64,000 nucleotides of DNA from Gammaproteobacteria bacterium (GCA_003250975.1 QKIY01000016.1:84-64083), one strand, 5' to 3'; shown: positions 37,518 to 48,389, counted from the stretch's first letter. The notes: generated from the sequence alone by a model not told the origin. Numbers and translations are program-made.

Positions 37518-38612
37518 ATGACATCGGTTACATCGATCAAGCAGGGCCAGGGCAATCAGACACAGGAAAGAATACCCGATCTGCGCAAGACAGGTGCCAA
37601 CCCTGATTACTGGTATCCATTGGCCCGTTCAGGTGATGTCAAGGCGGGCAAGGTTATTGGCCGCCGGTTTGCTGGTGACCCGATTGCCCTGGTGCGGACC
37701 AAATCGGGTAAATTGTTTGCGTTGGAAGACCGCTGTGCGCACCGTCAGGTGCCGCTGCATGTTGGTGTGGTAGACGGTGAAGAAATCCAGTGTGGATACC
37801 ATGGCTGGCGCTTCGATTGTTCGGGCAGTTGTGTCAATATCCCCTATGTCGGCAAGAGCAAATCGGTCCCACGTGGCGTACGCAGCTATCCGTGCCGTGA
37901 GGCCTATGGCCTGATCTTTGTCTTTCCCGGTGATGCGGCAAAGGCAGATACGGTACCTTTCCCCGAGATAAATACCTGGGACGACCCAAAATACAAGACC
38001 CGGTTCCTGGATGATCAAGTGACATGCCATTATTCCTTCCTGCACGAGAACTTGATGGACATGAATCACCAGTTCCTGCATCGACGCATCATGTCGAAGA
38101 TTAAGACCACTTATCTGGGTTTGCGTGAAGGGGATGGCTGGGTCGAGGTTGACTATACCTTCGCGCGTGAAGGCAAGACCCCGATGGGCGAAAAGTTCAT
38201 TCTGGGTAAACGCACCGGCCGTGAGGAAGACCGGGTCAAGGACAAGATGACCATTCGTACACAGTATCCCTACCAGATCCTTAAGTTTTGGACGGAGGGC
38301 GCTGAACACCCCGCTCTGGATTTATGGATTACCTATGTGCCGGTCGACAGCAAGCAGCGTATCAATCATACCTTCGGGTTGATCAATGTGCGCAAGCCTT
38401 CCATTCCCGGCATTATTCACTTGTTCTGGCCAATTATTGTTTATTTCACCAATGGGATATTCGGTGAGGACCGCTGGATAGTGGAACTGGAACAGGCCGC
38501 CTTTGATGAACAAGGCGCTGACTGGAACCAGGAGATCTTCCACGTGGTTAAAAAAGTCAGGGAACTCATGCTCGAGAAAGGCGTGCCGATCCCGGCCTAC
38601 TATACGGAATGA
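37518..38612 (+). CDS. Rieske non-heme iron oxygenase alpha subunit
   Basis: Rieske ligands CAHRQ...CGYHGW; mononuclear Fe site ENLMDMNHQFLH and a late ED. Confidence 0.9.
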   Translation: MTSVTSIKQGQGNQTQERIPDLRKTGANPDYWYPLARSGDVKAGKVIGRRFAGDPIALVRTKSGKLFALEDRCAHRQVPLHVGVVDGEEIQCGYHGWRFDCSGSCVNIPYVGKSKSVPRGVRSYPCREAYGLIFVFPGDAAKADTVPFPEINTWDDPKYKTRFLDDQVTCHYSFLHENLMDMNHQFLHRRIMSKIKTTYLGLREGDGWVEVDYTFAREGKTPMGEKFILGKRTGREEDRVKDKMTIRTQYPYQILKFWTEGAEHPALDLWITYVPVDSKQRINHTFGLINVRKPSIPGIIHLFWPIIVYFTNGIFGEDRWIVELEQAAFDEQGADWNQEIFHVVKKVRELMLEKGVPIPAYYTE

Positions 38613-38618
38613 CCAGCC

Positions 38619-40739
38619 TTAACGCCGGGAAATGTTCGAGACGTTCTTGATCCCGCGGACACGGCGCATCACATCGGCCAGGTGTTTCCTGTTCCTGACT
38701 TCGATGACAAATTCCAGCTTGGTATAGCGATCATCCTTGTCCTTGATGTCGACATTGATGATATTCGCTTCCTGATCTGAGATTGCCGAGGCTACGGTCG
38801 CCAGCACGCCGCGCTGGTTGGTGGCGATCATGCGGATAAACGTCGGAAAGATCCGGTTGATATGTTCTTCCCATTCAACATTAATCCATTTTTCAGGATG
38901 ATTACGAAATTCTGCAATGTTTTTGCAGGACTGGTTATGGATCACAATACCGCGTCCGGCACTGGCGAAGCCGATGATTGGATCGCCGGGAATGGGGTAA
39001 CAACATTTCGGAAAGTTGACCACCATGCCCTCTGTCCCCTTGATTTGCAGCGGGGTTAAGGAATCTTTCTGGCCTTGCTCGGGTTCAGCGGTATTCTCTT
39101 TCTTCAGGGTCAGCTTGCGTGCAATCAGGGGAGCCATACGGTTGCCCAGCCCGATATCACGCATCAGTTGTTCCTCTTTTTCCATCTTGTATTCAGCCAG
39201 GACGTTTTTAATCTGTACCGGCTCGAGCTTGCCATACTGGGTATTCAACAGTTCAAGTTGCCGGTTGAGCAGGCGCTTGCCCAGCGCAACCGCCTCGTTC
39301 TCCTGCATGTTTTTCAGATAGTGGCGAATGTTGGAGCGTGCCCGTGCCGTCACCACGAAATTCAACCACGCCGGATTTGGCTGGGCACCGGGAGATTTTA
39401 TGATCTCCACGGTTTGCCCGGATGAGATCTGCGTACTGAGTGGCGCAAGGCGGCGGTTGATCCTTACCCCTGTGCAGGAATTCCCCAGGTTGGTATGGAT
39501 GGCGTAGGCAAAATCCACCGCGGTTGCGCCGCGCGGCAGCTCAATGATCCTGCCCTTGGGAGTAAAAGCATAAACGGCGTCAGGAAACAGATCGACCTTG
39601 ACGTTTTCCAGAAATTCTTCCGGATTACCGGCGGTCTGTTGCATTTCAATAATGCTCTGCAGCCATTCGCGGGACCGTTTATGTGCGCCGCTACGGTCGC
39701 CGCCACTGCCCGACTTGTATAACCAGTGGGCAGCAATCCCGTCCTCGGCGACGTCGTTCATTTCATGGGTGCGGATCTGGATCTCAATTGGCACGCCAAA
39801 CGGCCCGAATAATACTGTGTGCAAAGATTGATAACCGTTGGCCTTGGGTATTGCAATATAGTCCTTGAACTTGCCAGGCACCGGCCGGTACAGGTTATGG
39901 ACGGTACCAACCACCTGATAACAGGTGTTCACGGAATCGACGATGATGCGAAAGGCATAGACATCATAGACCTCATTGAAGGAGAGGCGGTTGTCACGCA
40001 TCTTCTTGTAAATGCCATAGAGGTGCTTTTCCCTGCCGTAGATCTGCGCGGGGATCTTTTCCTGGCGCAGTCGCCGTCTCAGCGCGTTGCGGATCTTGTC
40101 AATTATCTCTTTGCGGTGTCCGCGCGCCTTGTTGACCTGCTCAAGCAGGATACGGTGCCGCATCGGGTAGAGGGAGGTAAACCCAAGTTCCTCGAGTTCC
40201 AGGCGGATCGTGTTGAGGCCGAGGCGCTGTGCGATCGGCACGTAGATCTCCAGTGTTTCGCGCGCGATTCGCCGCCGCTTGTCGGGCCGCAGTACGCACA
40301 GAGTCCGCATGTTGTGCAGGCGGTCTGCCAACTTGACCAAGATGACGCGGATATCGCTACTCATCGCCATCAGCATCTTTCGGAAGTTATGCGCCTGAGC
40401 CTCCTCGACACTGTCGAAGGTCACCTGTGTCAGCTTGCTGACACCATCCACCAGTTCAGCCACGCTTTTGCCGAAGCGCTTGCTGATTTCTTTTTTGGCT
40501 GTATCCGTGTCCTCAATCACATCGTGTAACAGGGCGGCAATCAGGGTCTGATTATCCATATGCATGTCGGCCAGAATATTGGCCACTTCCAGTGGATGGT
40601 AAATATAAGGCTCACCACTCACACGTTGCTGGCCTTTGTGGGCCTCTGCGCCAAAGTCGTAGGCATTACGAATCTGCTCCACCTGCTCATCCGGCAGGTA
40701 GGTGTGCACCTTCTTCAGTAGTTCATTTAACTCATGCAT
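38619..40739 (-). CDS. spoT: Bifunctional (p)ppGpp synthetase/hydrolase
   Basis: HKGQQRVSGEPYIYHP, LLHDVIED, VKLADRLHNMRT, KDYIAIPKANGYQSLHT, TGS domain, CC motif, ACT domain. Confidence 0.96.
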   Translation of the reverse strand: MHELNELLKKVHTYLPDEQVEQIRNAYDFGAEAHKGQQRVSGEPYIYHPLEVANILADMHMDNQTLIAALLHDVIEDTDTAKKEISKRFGKSVAELVDGVSKLTQVTFDSVEEAQAHNFRKMLMAMSSDIRVILVKLADRLHNMRTLCVLRPDKRRRIARETLEIYVPIAQRLGLNTIRLELEELGFTSLYPMRHRILLEQVNKARGHRKEIIDKIRNALRRRLRQEKIPAQIYGREKHLYGIYKKMRDNRLSFNEVYDVYAFRIIVDSVNTCYQVVGTVHNLYRPVPGKFKDYIAIPKANGYQSLHTVLFGPFGVPIEIQIRTHEMNDVAEDGIAAHWLYKSGSGGDRSGAHKRSREWLQSIIEMQQTAGNPEEFLENVKVDLFPDAVYAFTPKGRIIELPRGATAVDFAYAIHTNLGNSCTGVRINRRLAPLSTQISSGQTVEIIKSPGAQPNPAWLNFVVTARARSNIRHYLKNMQENEAVALGKRLLNRQLELLNTQYGKLEPVQIKNVLAEYKMEKEEQLMRDIGLGNRMAPLIARKLTLKKENTAEPEQGQKDSLTPLQIKGTEGMVVNFPKCCYPIPGDPIIGFASAGRGIVIHNQSCKNIAEFRNHPEKWINVEWEEHINRIFPTFIRMIATNQRGVLATVASAISDQEANIINVDIKDKDDRYTKLEFVIEVRNRKHLADVMRRVRGIKNVSNISRR

Positions 40740-40862
40740 GTCACAAGTCTGAATTTACGGCAATGCTTGCAATATAGCATCGATAGGCAAGTCTGTTATC
40801 GACAATAGTATCATTGTCGGAAAGGATGGTTATCCCGCCAGATGTGACGGGATGGTTATTGC

Positions 40863-41126
40863 TTATTTGAACGGGGGGAGATTAATATCTTCTTCGTCTT
40901 CCAGTTCTTCCAGTGGATCCGGCTTGTCGATCTTGTTGATGTTTTCCGTGGTAACAAGGCCGTCGGCGATTTCCCGCAGAGCGAGGACAGTAGGCTTGTC
41001 ATTTTCTTCCTCGACCAGGGGTTCTGAACCAAAGACAATTTGCCGGGCGCGTTTCGCCGCCATAATGACCAGGTCATACCGGTTGTCCACACATTCCAGG
41101 CAGTCTTCAACGGTCAATCGTGCCAT
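40863..41126 (-). CDS. rpoZ: RNA polymerase omega subunit
   Basis: [37 protein letters not shown]. Confidence 0.96.
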   Translation of the reverse strand: MARLTVEDCLECVDNRYDLVIMAAKRARQIVFGSEPLVEEENDKPTVLALREIADGLVTTENINKIDKPDPLEELEDEEDINLPPFK

Positions 41127-41170
41127 TTTTAAACCTCATCGTTTCTATATATTCCTGAAGGGCGGCTATT

Positions 41171-41800
41171 CTACTGAATTTGACCGCCCTCTGTCATCAA
41201 CTGCCGTGCAAATTCCTGGTGATCCGGTCCCTTATAGGGCAGATTTTTCCGCTTGCTGATGACGAGGTCCGTCAACTCGGCGAGGGCCGTCTCCAGGCTA
41301 TCATTGACGACCAAGCGGTCATAGCCGGGATAGTGGGAGATCTCTTCCATAGCCTCGCTGAAACGGCGCCGGATGGTGGCCTCATCATCCATGCCTCTGT
41401 TACGCAGGCGCTTTTCCAGAGTAGCCAGGTCTGGTGGCAGGATAAAAATGGTCACGCAATCGGGAAACAGGGCCCGGATATCGCGCGCGCCCTGCCAGTC
41501 GATGACCAGGATGACGTCTTTTTTTTGCCGTAGCATATCCTCGACCCACCGGCGGGGGGTACCGTAGTGGTAACCGAATACTGTCTCATACTCGAGGAAT
41601 TCACCATCCTCTACCATCTGGCTAAAGCGGTCTTCATCAACATAGAAGTAATCCACACCTTCCACCTCATCCGGCCGCCGGGGGCGAGTTGTATAGGAGA
41701 TAGAGACCATCAGGTCAGGCACCCTCTTGCAGAGTTCCTGAACCAGTGTCGTCTTACCGGTGCCGGAGGCGGCGGAAATAATGAATAATGTTCCTGACAT
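41171..41800 (-). CDS. gmk: Guanylate kinase
   Basis: SAASGTGKTT, SISYTTR.RR.EVEGVDY, YGT, IDWQGA. Confidence 0.95.
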   Translation of the reverse strand: MSGTLFIISAASGTGKTTLVQELCKRVPDLMVSISYTTRPRRPDEVEGVDYFYVDEDRFSQMVEDGEFLEYETVFGYHYGTPRRWVEDMLRQKKDVILVIDWQGARDIRALFPDCVTIFILPPDLATLEKRLRNRGMDDEATIRRRFSEAMEEISHYPGYDRLVVNDSLETALAELTDLVISKRKNLPYKGPDHQEFARQLMTEGGQIQ

Positions 41801-41804
41801 AGGC

Positions 41805-42671
41805 CTATTCGATATTCTGGATCTGTTCCCGCATCTGTTCTATCAGCACCTTGAGTTCGATCGAGGCATTGCTACAGTCGTAATGAGCAGCCTTTGAGCC
41901 GAGTGTATTGGCCTCACGGTTCAATTCCTGCATCAGAAAATCAAGCCGGCGGCCCACCGGTTCATCCTTGTCCAATACACGCCGAACTTCCACAATATGG
42001 GTCTCCAGGCGATCCATCTCTTCGGCCACGTCATATTTCTGTGTCAGTAGCACCACCTCCTGTTCGAGGCGATCGGGGTCCAGTTCAATGGCAAGGTCTC
42101 TGGCGCGCTCCAGCAGCCGTTCGCGCATGGCGGCCATGATCTCCGGCAGCCGAGTTTTGATGCGGGCTACGATAGCCTCCGCCGCGGTACAGCGCTCAAG
42201 GATAATCTGTTTCAGTTTTTTCCCCTCCTGTCGGCGGGTCTCGAGCACGTGCTCCAGGGTCATATCCAGCTGGGTCAGCAGGGGGCCGGCTATTCGCTCG
42301 GGATCCGGTACTTCGCGTTCGATGACACCCGGCCAGCGGAGTATTTCCAGCGGGTTTACCGGCTCACTCTGGGGAAAACGAGCTGCCACCTCGTCGGTTG
42401 CTGCCAGCAGCGCACTGATCAGATCATTGTTAATCGGCAGGCTGTGTCCGGCAGTCAGTACCGGTTCAAAGCGCAGGCTGCAATCCACCTTGCCCCGGCT
42501 GATCCGTTTGCTGATGGCGTCGCGCACGGCTGCCTCCAGCATCCTCAGCTCCTCGGGCAGACGCAGGTTGATTTCGAGGTAACGGTGATTAACCGTCTTG
42601 ATTTCCCAGACCACATGTCCCGCCTCACCGCTTTCATCCGTATGCCCGAAGGCGGTCATGCTGGAAATCAT
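41805..42671 (-). CDS. yicC: YicC/RapZ-adjacent YicC-family endoribonuclease
   Basis: MISSMTAFG, EIKTVNHRYLE, RGKVDC, DVAEEMDRL, GRRLDFLMQELNREANTLGSK. Confidence 0.93.
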   Translation of the reverse strand: MISSMTAFGHTDESGEAGHVVWEIKTVNHRYLEINLRLPEELRMLEAAVRDAISKRISRGKVDCSLRFEPVLTAGHSLPINNDLISALLAATDEVAARFPQSEPVNPLEILRWPGVIEREVPDPERIAGPLLTQLDMTLEHVLETRRQEGKKLKQIILERCTAAEAIVARIKTRLPEIMAAMRERLLERARDLAIELDPDRLEQEVVLLTQKYDVAEEMDRLETHIVEVRRVLDKDEPVGRRLDFLMQELNREANTLGSKAAHYDCSNASIELKVLIEQMREQIQNIE

Positions 42672-42814
42672 GGTTAATCCTCTTGTGTAGTTGTTTTTGT
42701 TTTATGATATATCACGGACGGGGGCGTAATACTAACGCGTCTCTCCAGTGAGGCAAATACATCAGGCGTGCTAATGGGCTATAATCCGCCCTTTTTTATA
42801 CATGGAGAAGCAGA

Positions 42815-43531
42815 ATGCGCCCCAGCGGCAGAGCACCGGATCAGTTAAGGGATATCAGGATCATCCGCCATTACACCTGTCACGCAGAAGGCTCGGTATT
42901 GATCGAGTTCGGCAGGACACGTGTTATCTGCACCGCCAGTGTCGAGGACCGGGTCCCCGGTTTCCTGAAAGGCAAGGAGCAGGGCTGGTTAACCGCGGAA
43001 TACGGCATGTTGCCGCGGTCAACAAACCAGCGAATGCGCCGCGAGGCATCGCAGAACCGCCAGGGCGGACGAACCATGGAGATCCAGCGGCTCATTGGCC
43101 GTGCGTTGCGGGCCGTGGTCGATTTGAAGACCCTGGGTGAACGTACGATTACTCTTGATTGCGATGTTATCCAGGCCGATGGCGGCACCCGTACCGCCTC
43201 TATCACCGGCGCTTACGTGGCCTTAGCGGACGCCATCCAGACCCTAAGGGACCAGGGTCAGCTTGAACAAACTCCCGTACTGGGTGCGGTCGCTTCTATT
43301 TCGGTCGGTATCTATGAGGGGATCCCTGTGCTGGACCTTGATTATGAAGAGGATTCCAACGCGGAAACGGACATGAATATCGTTATGAATGACAACGGTG
43401 AATTTATTGAGGTCCAGGGCACGGCAGAAGGTCATCCTTTCAGCATGGATGAACTCAACAGCATGCTGGGCCTCGCGCGGCAAGGCATCAACCAGTTGTT
43501 CAATATGCAGCACAAGGCCTTGGGGAGCTGA
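42815..43531 (+). CDS. rph: Ribonuclease PH
   Basis: [50 protein letters not shown]. Confidence 0.97.
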   Translation: MRPSGRAPDQLRDIRIIRHYTCHAEGSVLIEFGRTRVICTASVEDRVPGFLKGKEQGWLTAEYGMLPRSTNQRMRREASQNRQGGRTMEIQRLIGRALRAVVDLKTLGERTITLDCDVIQADGGTRTASITGAYVALADAIQTLRDQGQLEQTPVLGAVASISVGIYEGIPVLDLDYEEDSNAETDMNIVMNDNGEFIEVQGTAEGHPFSMDELNSMLGLARQGINQLFNMQHKALGS

Positions 43532-43532
43532 C

Positions 43533-44144
43533 TTGCCAGGCTTCCGGCGGATCGTTCTCGCCAGCAACAACCCCGGCAAGGTCAGGGAGATCAACGCGAT
43601 GCTGCAAGGCCACCCGTCAGAAATCATTTCCCAGGGCGAGTTCAATGTGCCGGAGGTAGAAGAGACCGGCCTGACCTTCATTGAGAACGCCATCCTCAAG
43701 GCGCGCAACGCCACAAGGTATACCGGCCTGCCGGCCATAGCCGATGATTCCGGTATTGAACTCCCTGCACTGAATGGCCGGCCCGGGATCTATTCGGCCC
43801 GCTATGCCGGCGCCGGGGCCTCCGACGAGGACAACCTTTACAAGCTCATCGATGAGGTCAAGACATTGCCGGAAGGGTCACGGCAGGCACAGTTCGTATG
43901 CGTCATGGTCTTACTGCGGAACGCGGAGGACCCCGTACCACTAATCGCCGAAGGGATCTGGAAGGGGATCGCAATTACAGAACCGCGGGGCACAAACGGT
44001 TTCGGTTACGACCCCATGTTCTATCTGCCGCAGCGACAGCGCACATCAGCGGAACTGAGCCCGGGGGTAAAGAACCGCATCAGTCATCGGGGACAGGCGC
44101 TGCGCAAATTGGTCAAGCAAATAAATACACTGCTGAGTGATTAG
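43533..44144 (+). CDS. rdgB: dITP/XTP pyrophosphatase
   Basis: IVLASNNPGK, EETGLTFIENA, ADDSG, PGIYSARY, GFGYDP, SHRGQA. TTG 43533 right after the rph stop chosen over the track start at 43389. Confidence 0.94.
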   Translation: MPGFRRIVLASNNPGKVREINAMLQGHPSEIISQGEFNVPEVEETGLTFIENAILKARNATRYTGLPAIADDSGIELPALNGRPGIYSARYAGAGASDEDNLYKLIDEVKTLPEGSRQAQFVCVMVLLRNAEDPVPLIAEGIWKGIAITEPRGTNGFGYDPMFYLPQRQRTSAELSPGVKNRISHRGQALRKLVKQINTLLSD

Positions 44145-44186
44145 ATTTTGTTGACCGGCGCCTGAAGCGTACGAGGTGTGGTCAAT

Positions 44187-44924
44187 TCATGCGGCATACC
44201 CGCCATCCACCTTGTATTGCGCGCCGGTGATATAACTCGCTGCATCCGAGGCCAGGAACGCCACCAGCCGGGCCACCTCGGAGGGAGTGCCGTAACGCCC
44301 CATCGGCACGCTATCGGTTATGGATTCCGCCATTTGTGCCTTCTGCTGCTCGTCCAATCCCATCTTGTCGAACAGTGGGGTCTCAATCGGACCGGGGCTG
44401 ACGGCATTGACACGTATTCCATGCTCCGCCAGTGACTTGGCCATGCTCCTCGTGATAGAAATCACCGCGGCCTTGCTGGCGGAATAAACCAGGAAGGCGG
44501 GAATGGGTTGATCACCGACCACCGAGGCGATGTTGATGACACTTCCCCGGTTTTGCTTTAACAATGGCAGGGCCTTTTGGGTCATGAACAGGAGGCCGCG
44601 CACGTTGATGTTGAATGTATCGTCAAAATGCGTCTCCGTGACTGCGTCAAGCGGCACCGGAACGGCGACCCCGGCATTGTTTACCAAAATATCTAGGCGC
44701 CCGTATTCCGTGTGAATGAGTTCAACCACTGAATCGATGGCCTCCATCTTGGAGACATCTGACACAACATAGCGGATATTCTCATGCTTGCCGGCCGTCA
44801 CCTTCAGCGTATCTTCATTACGGCCGGTGATAATCACCAGGTAACCATCGTCGGCAAGCTGGATGGCACTGGCGGCGCCGATTCCGGTGCTGCCGCCGGT
44901 CACTAGAGCAATCTTCTGACTCAT
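44187..44924 (-). CDS. Short-chain dehydrogenase/reductase (classical SDR)
   Basis: TGGSTGIG, NNAG, catalytic YSASK, RVNAVSPGPIET. Confidence 0.92.
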   Translation of the reverse strand: MSQKIALVTGGSTGIGAASAIQLADDGYLVIITGRNEDTLKVTAGKHENIRYVVSDVSKMEAIDSVVELIHTEYGRLDILVNNAGVAVPVPLDAVTETHFDDTFNINVRGLLFMTQKALPLLKQNRGSVINIASVVGDQPIPAFLVYSASKAAVISITRSMAKSLAEHGIRVNAVSPGPIETPLFDKMGLDEQQKAQMAESITDSVPMGRYGTPSEVARLVAFLASDAASYITGAQYKVDGGYAA

Positions 44925-45107
44925 CTGTCCTCTCCTTATTTAATAATTCGGCATGACGTCCTTGTTTGACCCGGATAGTGGTTGGAGTTTCATGCGGGTA
45001 ATTAAAAGCTCTCGAATCCCCTCCCTGGGATAAGGGAGTATAAAAGATATTACTGCACCTTACGGGAATGCCTGGTCTGGCCGGCGGGGTTATACTCTCT
45101 TGCCAGA

Positions 45108-46292
45108 ATGACAGACTTATTAACATTCCATGACAATTTGCCGCTCTCGCTGTACATCCACCTGCCGTGGTGTGTGCGCAAGTGTCCCTATTGTGATTTC
45201 AATTCGCACGAAGCCGTACAAAACCCGGAAAAGCAACTCGCCTACGTTGATGCCCTGCTAAGTGACCTGGAATACGAGCTACCCCGAATTTGGGGCAGGC
45301 GGATCAACACGGTATTTATCGGCGGCGGCACCCCCAGCCTGTTCACCGAAGAGGCCATGGCGCGTTTACTGGCCGGTCTACGCGCCCGGCTGAATCTTCG
45401 TCCGGAGATCGAGATCTCCCTAGAGGCTAATCCTGGTACTGCAGAGGCTCATAAATTCTACGGCTTCCGTGAACTCGGCATCAACCGCATATCCATCGGA
45501 GTGCAGAGCTTTAATAATGACAGCTTGAAGGCCTTGGGTCGGATCCATGATGCCGGGGAGGCAGCGAAAGCAATCAACATGGCTCAGGCTGCGGAATTTG
45601 ACCATATCAATATTGATCTTATGTTCGGCTTGCCCGGGCAAACAGCAGCCGGGGCGCTGGAAGACCTGCAAGAGGCGGTGGACTATGGTACAGGGCATAT
45701 CAGCTGGTACCAGTTGACCATTGAACCGAACACGGTGTTTTATTCAAAGCCACCGCAACTGCCGGAAGAAGACCTCATTTGGAAGATGCAGCAGGCGGGC
45801 GCGGCCTTGCTGGCAGAACACGCTTATGACAACTACGAAATCTCAGCCTGGTCCAGACCCGGAGAACAGTGCCTGCATAATCTCAATTACTGGCAATTCG
45901 GGGATTATCTGGGCATCGGTGCCGGGGCCCACAGCAAACTGACCCAGGTTGGGGAAGGCAGCGTCAGCCGTTATGCCCGCCACCGCCTGCCGGAACGTTA
46001 CATGCAACTGGCCGGTACGGCGGGGGCGATTGTCGAAAGCCGGAAACTGAACCCGTCAGAGTTGGGGCTTGAGTTCATGATGAACATCTTGCGCCTCAAA
46101 GCCGGCGTGCCGTCGGCCCTGTTCCTGCAGCGGACCGGCCTGCCTATCAATACCATCCAGTCAGAATTGCAGAACGCAGAAGAACAGGGACTGCTGGAGT
46201 GGGATATCAGCACCCTGAGGCCAACAGAGAAGGGCCAACGTTACCTGAATGACCTCTTGCAGTATTTCATGCCCGATACCGAAATGGCATGA
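45108..46292 (+). CDS. hemW: Radical SAM heme chaperone HemW (YggW)
   Basis: LYIHLPWCVRKCPYCDFNSH, GGGTPS, EANP, HISWYQLTIEPNT, HNLNYW. Confidence 0.93.
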   Translation: MTDLLTFHDNLPLSLYIHLPWCVRKCPYCDFNSHEAVQNPEKQLAYVDALLSDLEYELPRIWGRRINTVFIGGGTPSLFTEEAMARLLAGLRARLNLRPEIEISLEANPGTAEAHKFYGFRELGINRISIGVQSFNNDSLKALGRIHDAGEAAKAINMAQAAEFDHINIDLMFGLPGQTAAGALEDLQEAVDYGTGHISWYQLTIEPNTVFYSKPPQLPEEDLIWKMQQAGAALLAEHAYDNYEISAWSRPGEQCLHNLNYWQFGDYLGIGAGAHSKLTQVGEGSVSRYARHRLPERYMQLAGTAGAIVESRKLNPSELGLEFMMNILRLKAGVPSALFLQRTGLPINTIQSELQNAEEQGLLEWDISTLRPTEKGQRYLNDLLQYFMPDTEMA

Positions 46293-46306
46293 AATCCCTG
46301 CTTTTT

Positions 46307-47488
46307 TTAACCGGGTTTCCCGTCCACCCGCGGTGATATCAGGATAGGGGTGTAGACAATCAGAAACAGCATAAATGCGCCTAGCCACAGCACTCCGGAG
46401 GCCGCAATGCTGTACAGGTAGTTCCCGGGGAATACAGGCCCAGCCACGCGCACAACCGCTGCCAGGGTGATAAGCAGATAGGAAACCACGATCAGCGGTG
46501 GCGCGATTAGGGAACGGCCGGTATGGCCAAGCGAGACGCGCGTCATTATGGCTAGGATCATGGTGGCGAATAATCCCGTAGTTAAGGCATGCAGCCACGC
46601 CGCGCTGAATGGCATGCCGGTTAGTATAAACAGGCTTTTCAGGGCTAGCCCGATGATCAGCCAGGCATAGCCAGCATGCAGGATCCAGACGATAGCCTCC
46701 TGCCTGCCGCGCCAGGTCTTCCAGCGCGCAAATCGACCGGCGTGAAGTAATGTTGCCACAATCGCCAGCCACCCCGCAGCCGCAGTATAGGGCCAGGCCA
46801 GGTCGGCAATCAGTACCAGCACAATGCTGTAAAGCGCCGCACGATCCAGCGCCGGTAAAGGCTTTATCGCAAAGGTTTCATCCCTGCGGCGCACGGCACT
46901 GAGGGTAAAAGCAGGGACTATGCGCCCGCCGATGATGGTGATAATTAACAGGACCGTATTAATACCCAGCAACAGTCCGCTACTGGCCAGGGCAAAGTCG
47001 CCACGCGCGGTTGCCAGATGGAAGATCAAGTTTGAAACAAACAATAAAAACAGAAACAACAGAAACACCAGATTGCGTGACTTCCCCCGCAGTAGAGACG
47101 GCGCCAGCATGAGACCCAGCGTGGGGAAAAAAGCCAGATCAACGGCTATCGTTAAAACCGGCGGGAACCAGGCCTGAAAAATAGTAATCAGGCGACCTGC
47201 AAGCCATACACCTGCAAGGATGATCAATGGCAATCCGGAAAAACCGCGTTGCCCTGTCCAGCTGGGAACCGCAGTCAGCAGAAACCCCGCAATAGCCGCG
47301 CTAATAAAACCAAACAGCATTTCGTGGCCATGCCATAAATAAGTGGGCAGCCCAACGGGCGGACGGATCCCTACCAGGAGCGCCAGCAGCCAGATCACCA
47401 TCACTATGACGGCATACACTCCGGCTAGAAGGAAAAAGGGGCGAAAGCCGTAATTGAATAATGCGAACTTTAAAGAAGATTCATTCAA
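46307..47488 (-). CDS. nnrS: NnrS family heme-copper membrane protein (nitrosative stress)
   Basis: GFRPFFL, WHGHEMLFGF, GFLLTAVPSWTG, GGRIVPAFT, ILHAGY, HALTTG, TRVSLGHTGR. Confidence 0.93.
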   Translation of the reverse strand: MNESSLKFALFNYGFRPFFLLAGVYAVIVMVIWLLALLVGIRPPVGLPTYLWHGHEMLFGFISAAIAGFLLTAVPSWTGQRGFSGLPLIILAGVWLAGRLITIFQAWFPPVLTIAVDLAFFPTLGLMLAPSLLRGKSRNLVFLLFLFLLFVSNLIFHLATARGDFALASSGLLLGINTVLLIITIIGGRIVPAFTLSAVRRRDETFAIKPLPALDRAALYSIVLVLIADLAWPYTAAAGWLAIVATLLHAGRFARWKTWRGRQEAIVWILHAGYAWLIIGLALKSLFILTGMPFSAAWLHALTTGLFATMILAIMTRVSLGHTGRSLIAPPLIVVSYLLITLAAVVRVAGPVFPGNYLYSIAASGVLWLGAFMLFLIVYTPILISPRVDGKPG

Positions 47489-47580
47489 GAGTGATCAGTC
47501 TCTTTTGAATGGCTGAATCAATGACGGAATTTTAACAGGAGAAATGTTCTTTCTTTAAATACTTTCTGATTGGCGGGAAT

Positions 47581-47623
47581 AAAAAAACGGCGAACCGGGA
47601 TCTCAAATCCACGATCCGCCGTT
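47581..47623 (-). terminator. Intrinsic terminator after the Prx5-Grx gene
   Basis: Minus strand AACGGCGGATC...GATCC..CGCCGTT followed by a T-run. Confidence 0.65.
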
Positions 47624-47648
47624 ATTGGCATTTCAGCTCGCTGTTAAA

Positions 47649-48389
47649 TCAAGCTGCTTTCTTTTCCTCCAGCCATTTCTCCAGGTCTTCGGCGCCACCG
47701 ATGTGTTTCCCGTCGATGAAGATCTGGGGATAGGTCGTGGCACCGGCGACTGCGCGCAGGCTGTGGTCGGTGTAGTCCTTGTTCAGGGTGAGTTCTTCAA
47801 ACTCGATCCCGGCGTCGTGCAGCAGGCCCTTGGCCCTGGCGCAGTAGACACAGCCCTTGCGTGCAAACACGGTTACATCCAGCGGCTTGACAGCATTGGG
47901 TGCAATGTACTCCAGCATGGTATCCGCGTCCGAATTCTGGAACGGATCGCCCGGGACTTCCGGTTCAACGAACATTTTTTCGACCACACCGTCTTTCACC
48001 AGCATGGAATAACGCCAAGAACGCTTGCCGAAGCCAAGGTCATTTTTGTCGACCAGCATGCCCATGCCCCCGGTGAACTCACCGTTACCATCGGGGATGA
48101 AGGTGATACGGTTCGCCTTCTGGGCTTCCTTCCATTCATTCATCACAAAGGCATCATTGACAGAGATGCAGACGATCTCATCGACGCCGTGCTGTTTGAA
48201 GATCGGCCCCAGCTGGTTGTAGCGCGGCACATGTGATGACGAACAGGTCGGCGTAAATGCGCCAGGCAGTGAAAACACGACAACCGTCTTACCAGCGAAC
48301 AACTCCTTACTTGAGACATTCACCCACTCGTGGTCCACACGGGTGCGGAAAGTCGCGTCAGGTACTCTTTTTCCTTCCATATTACTCAT
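47649..48389 (-). CDS. Hybrid peroxiredoxin 5 / glutaredoxin (glutathione-dependent peroxidase)
   Basis: [33 protein letters not shown]; C-terminal Grx CVYC...[12 protein letters not shown]. Confidence 0.93.
   Translation of the reverse strand: MSNMEGKRVPDATFRTRVDHEWVNVSSKELFAGKTVVVFSLPGAFTPTCSSSHVPRYNQLGPIFKQHGVDEIVCISVNDAFVMNEWKEAQKANRITFIPDGNGEFTGGMGMLVDKNDLGFGKRSWRYSMLVKDGVVEKMFVEPEVPGDPFQNSDADTMLEYIAPNAVKPLDVTVFARKGCVYCARAKGLLHDAGIEFEELTLNKDYTDHSLRAVAGATTYPQIFIDGKHIGGAEDLEKWLEEKKAA

Noticed and set aside
43389-43532. N-terminal extension of RdgB in the ORF track
   Set aside because: It overlaps the rph coding end; TTG 43533 with a GGGGAG SD matches normal RdgB length.
47489-47580. NnrR/DNR or NsrR box upstream of nnrS
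   Set aside because: The TTGA...TCAA half sites are 9 bp apart rather than 6, and no convincing NsrR palindrome is present.
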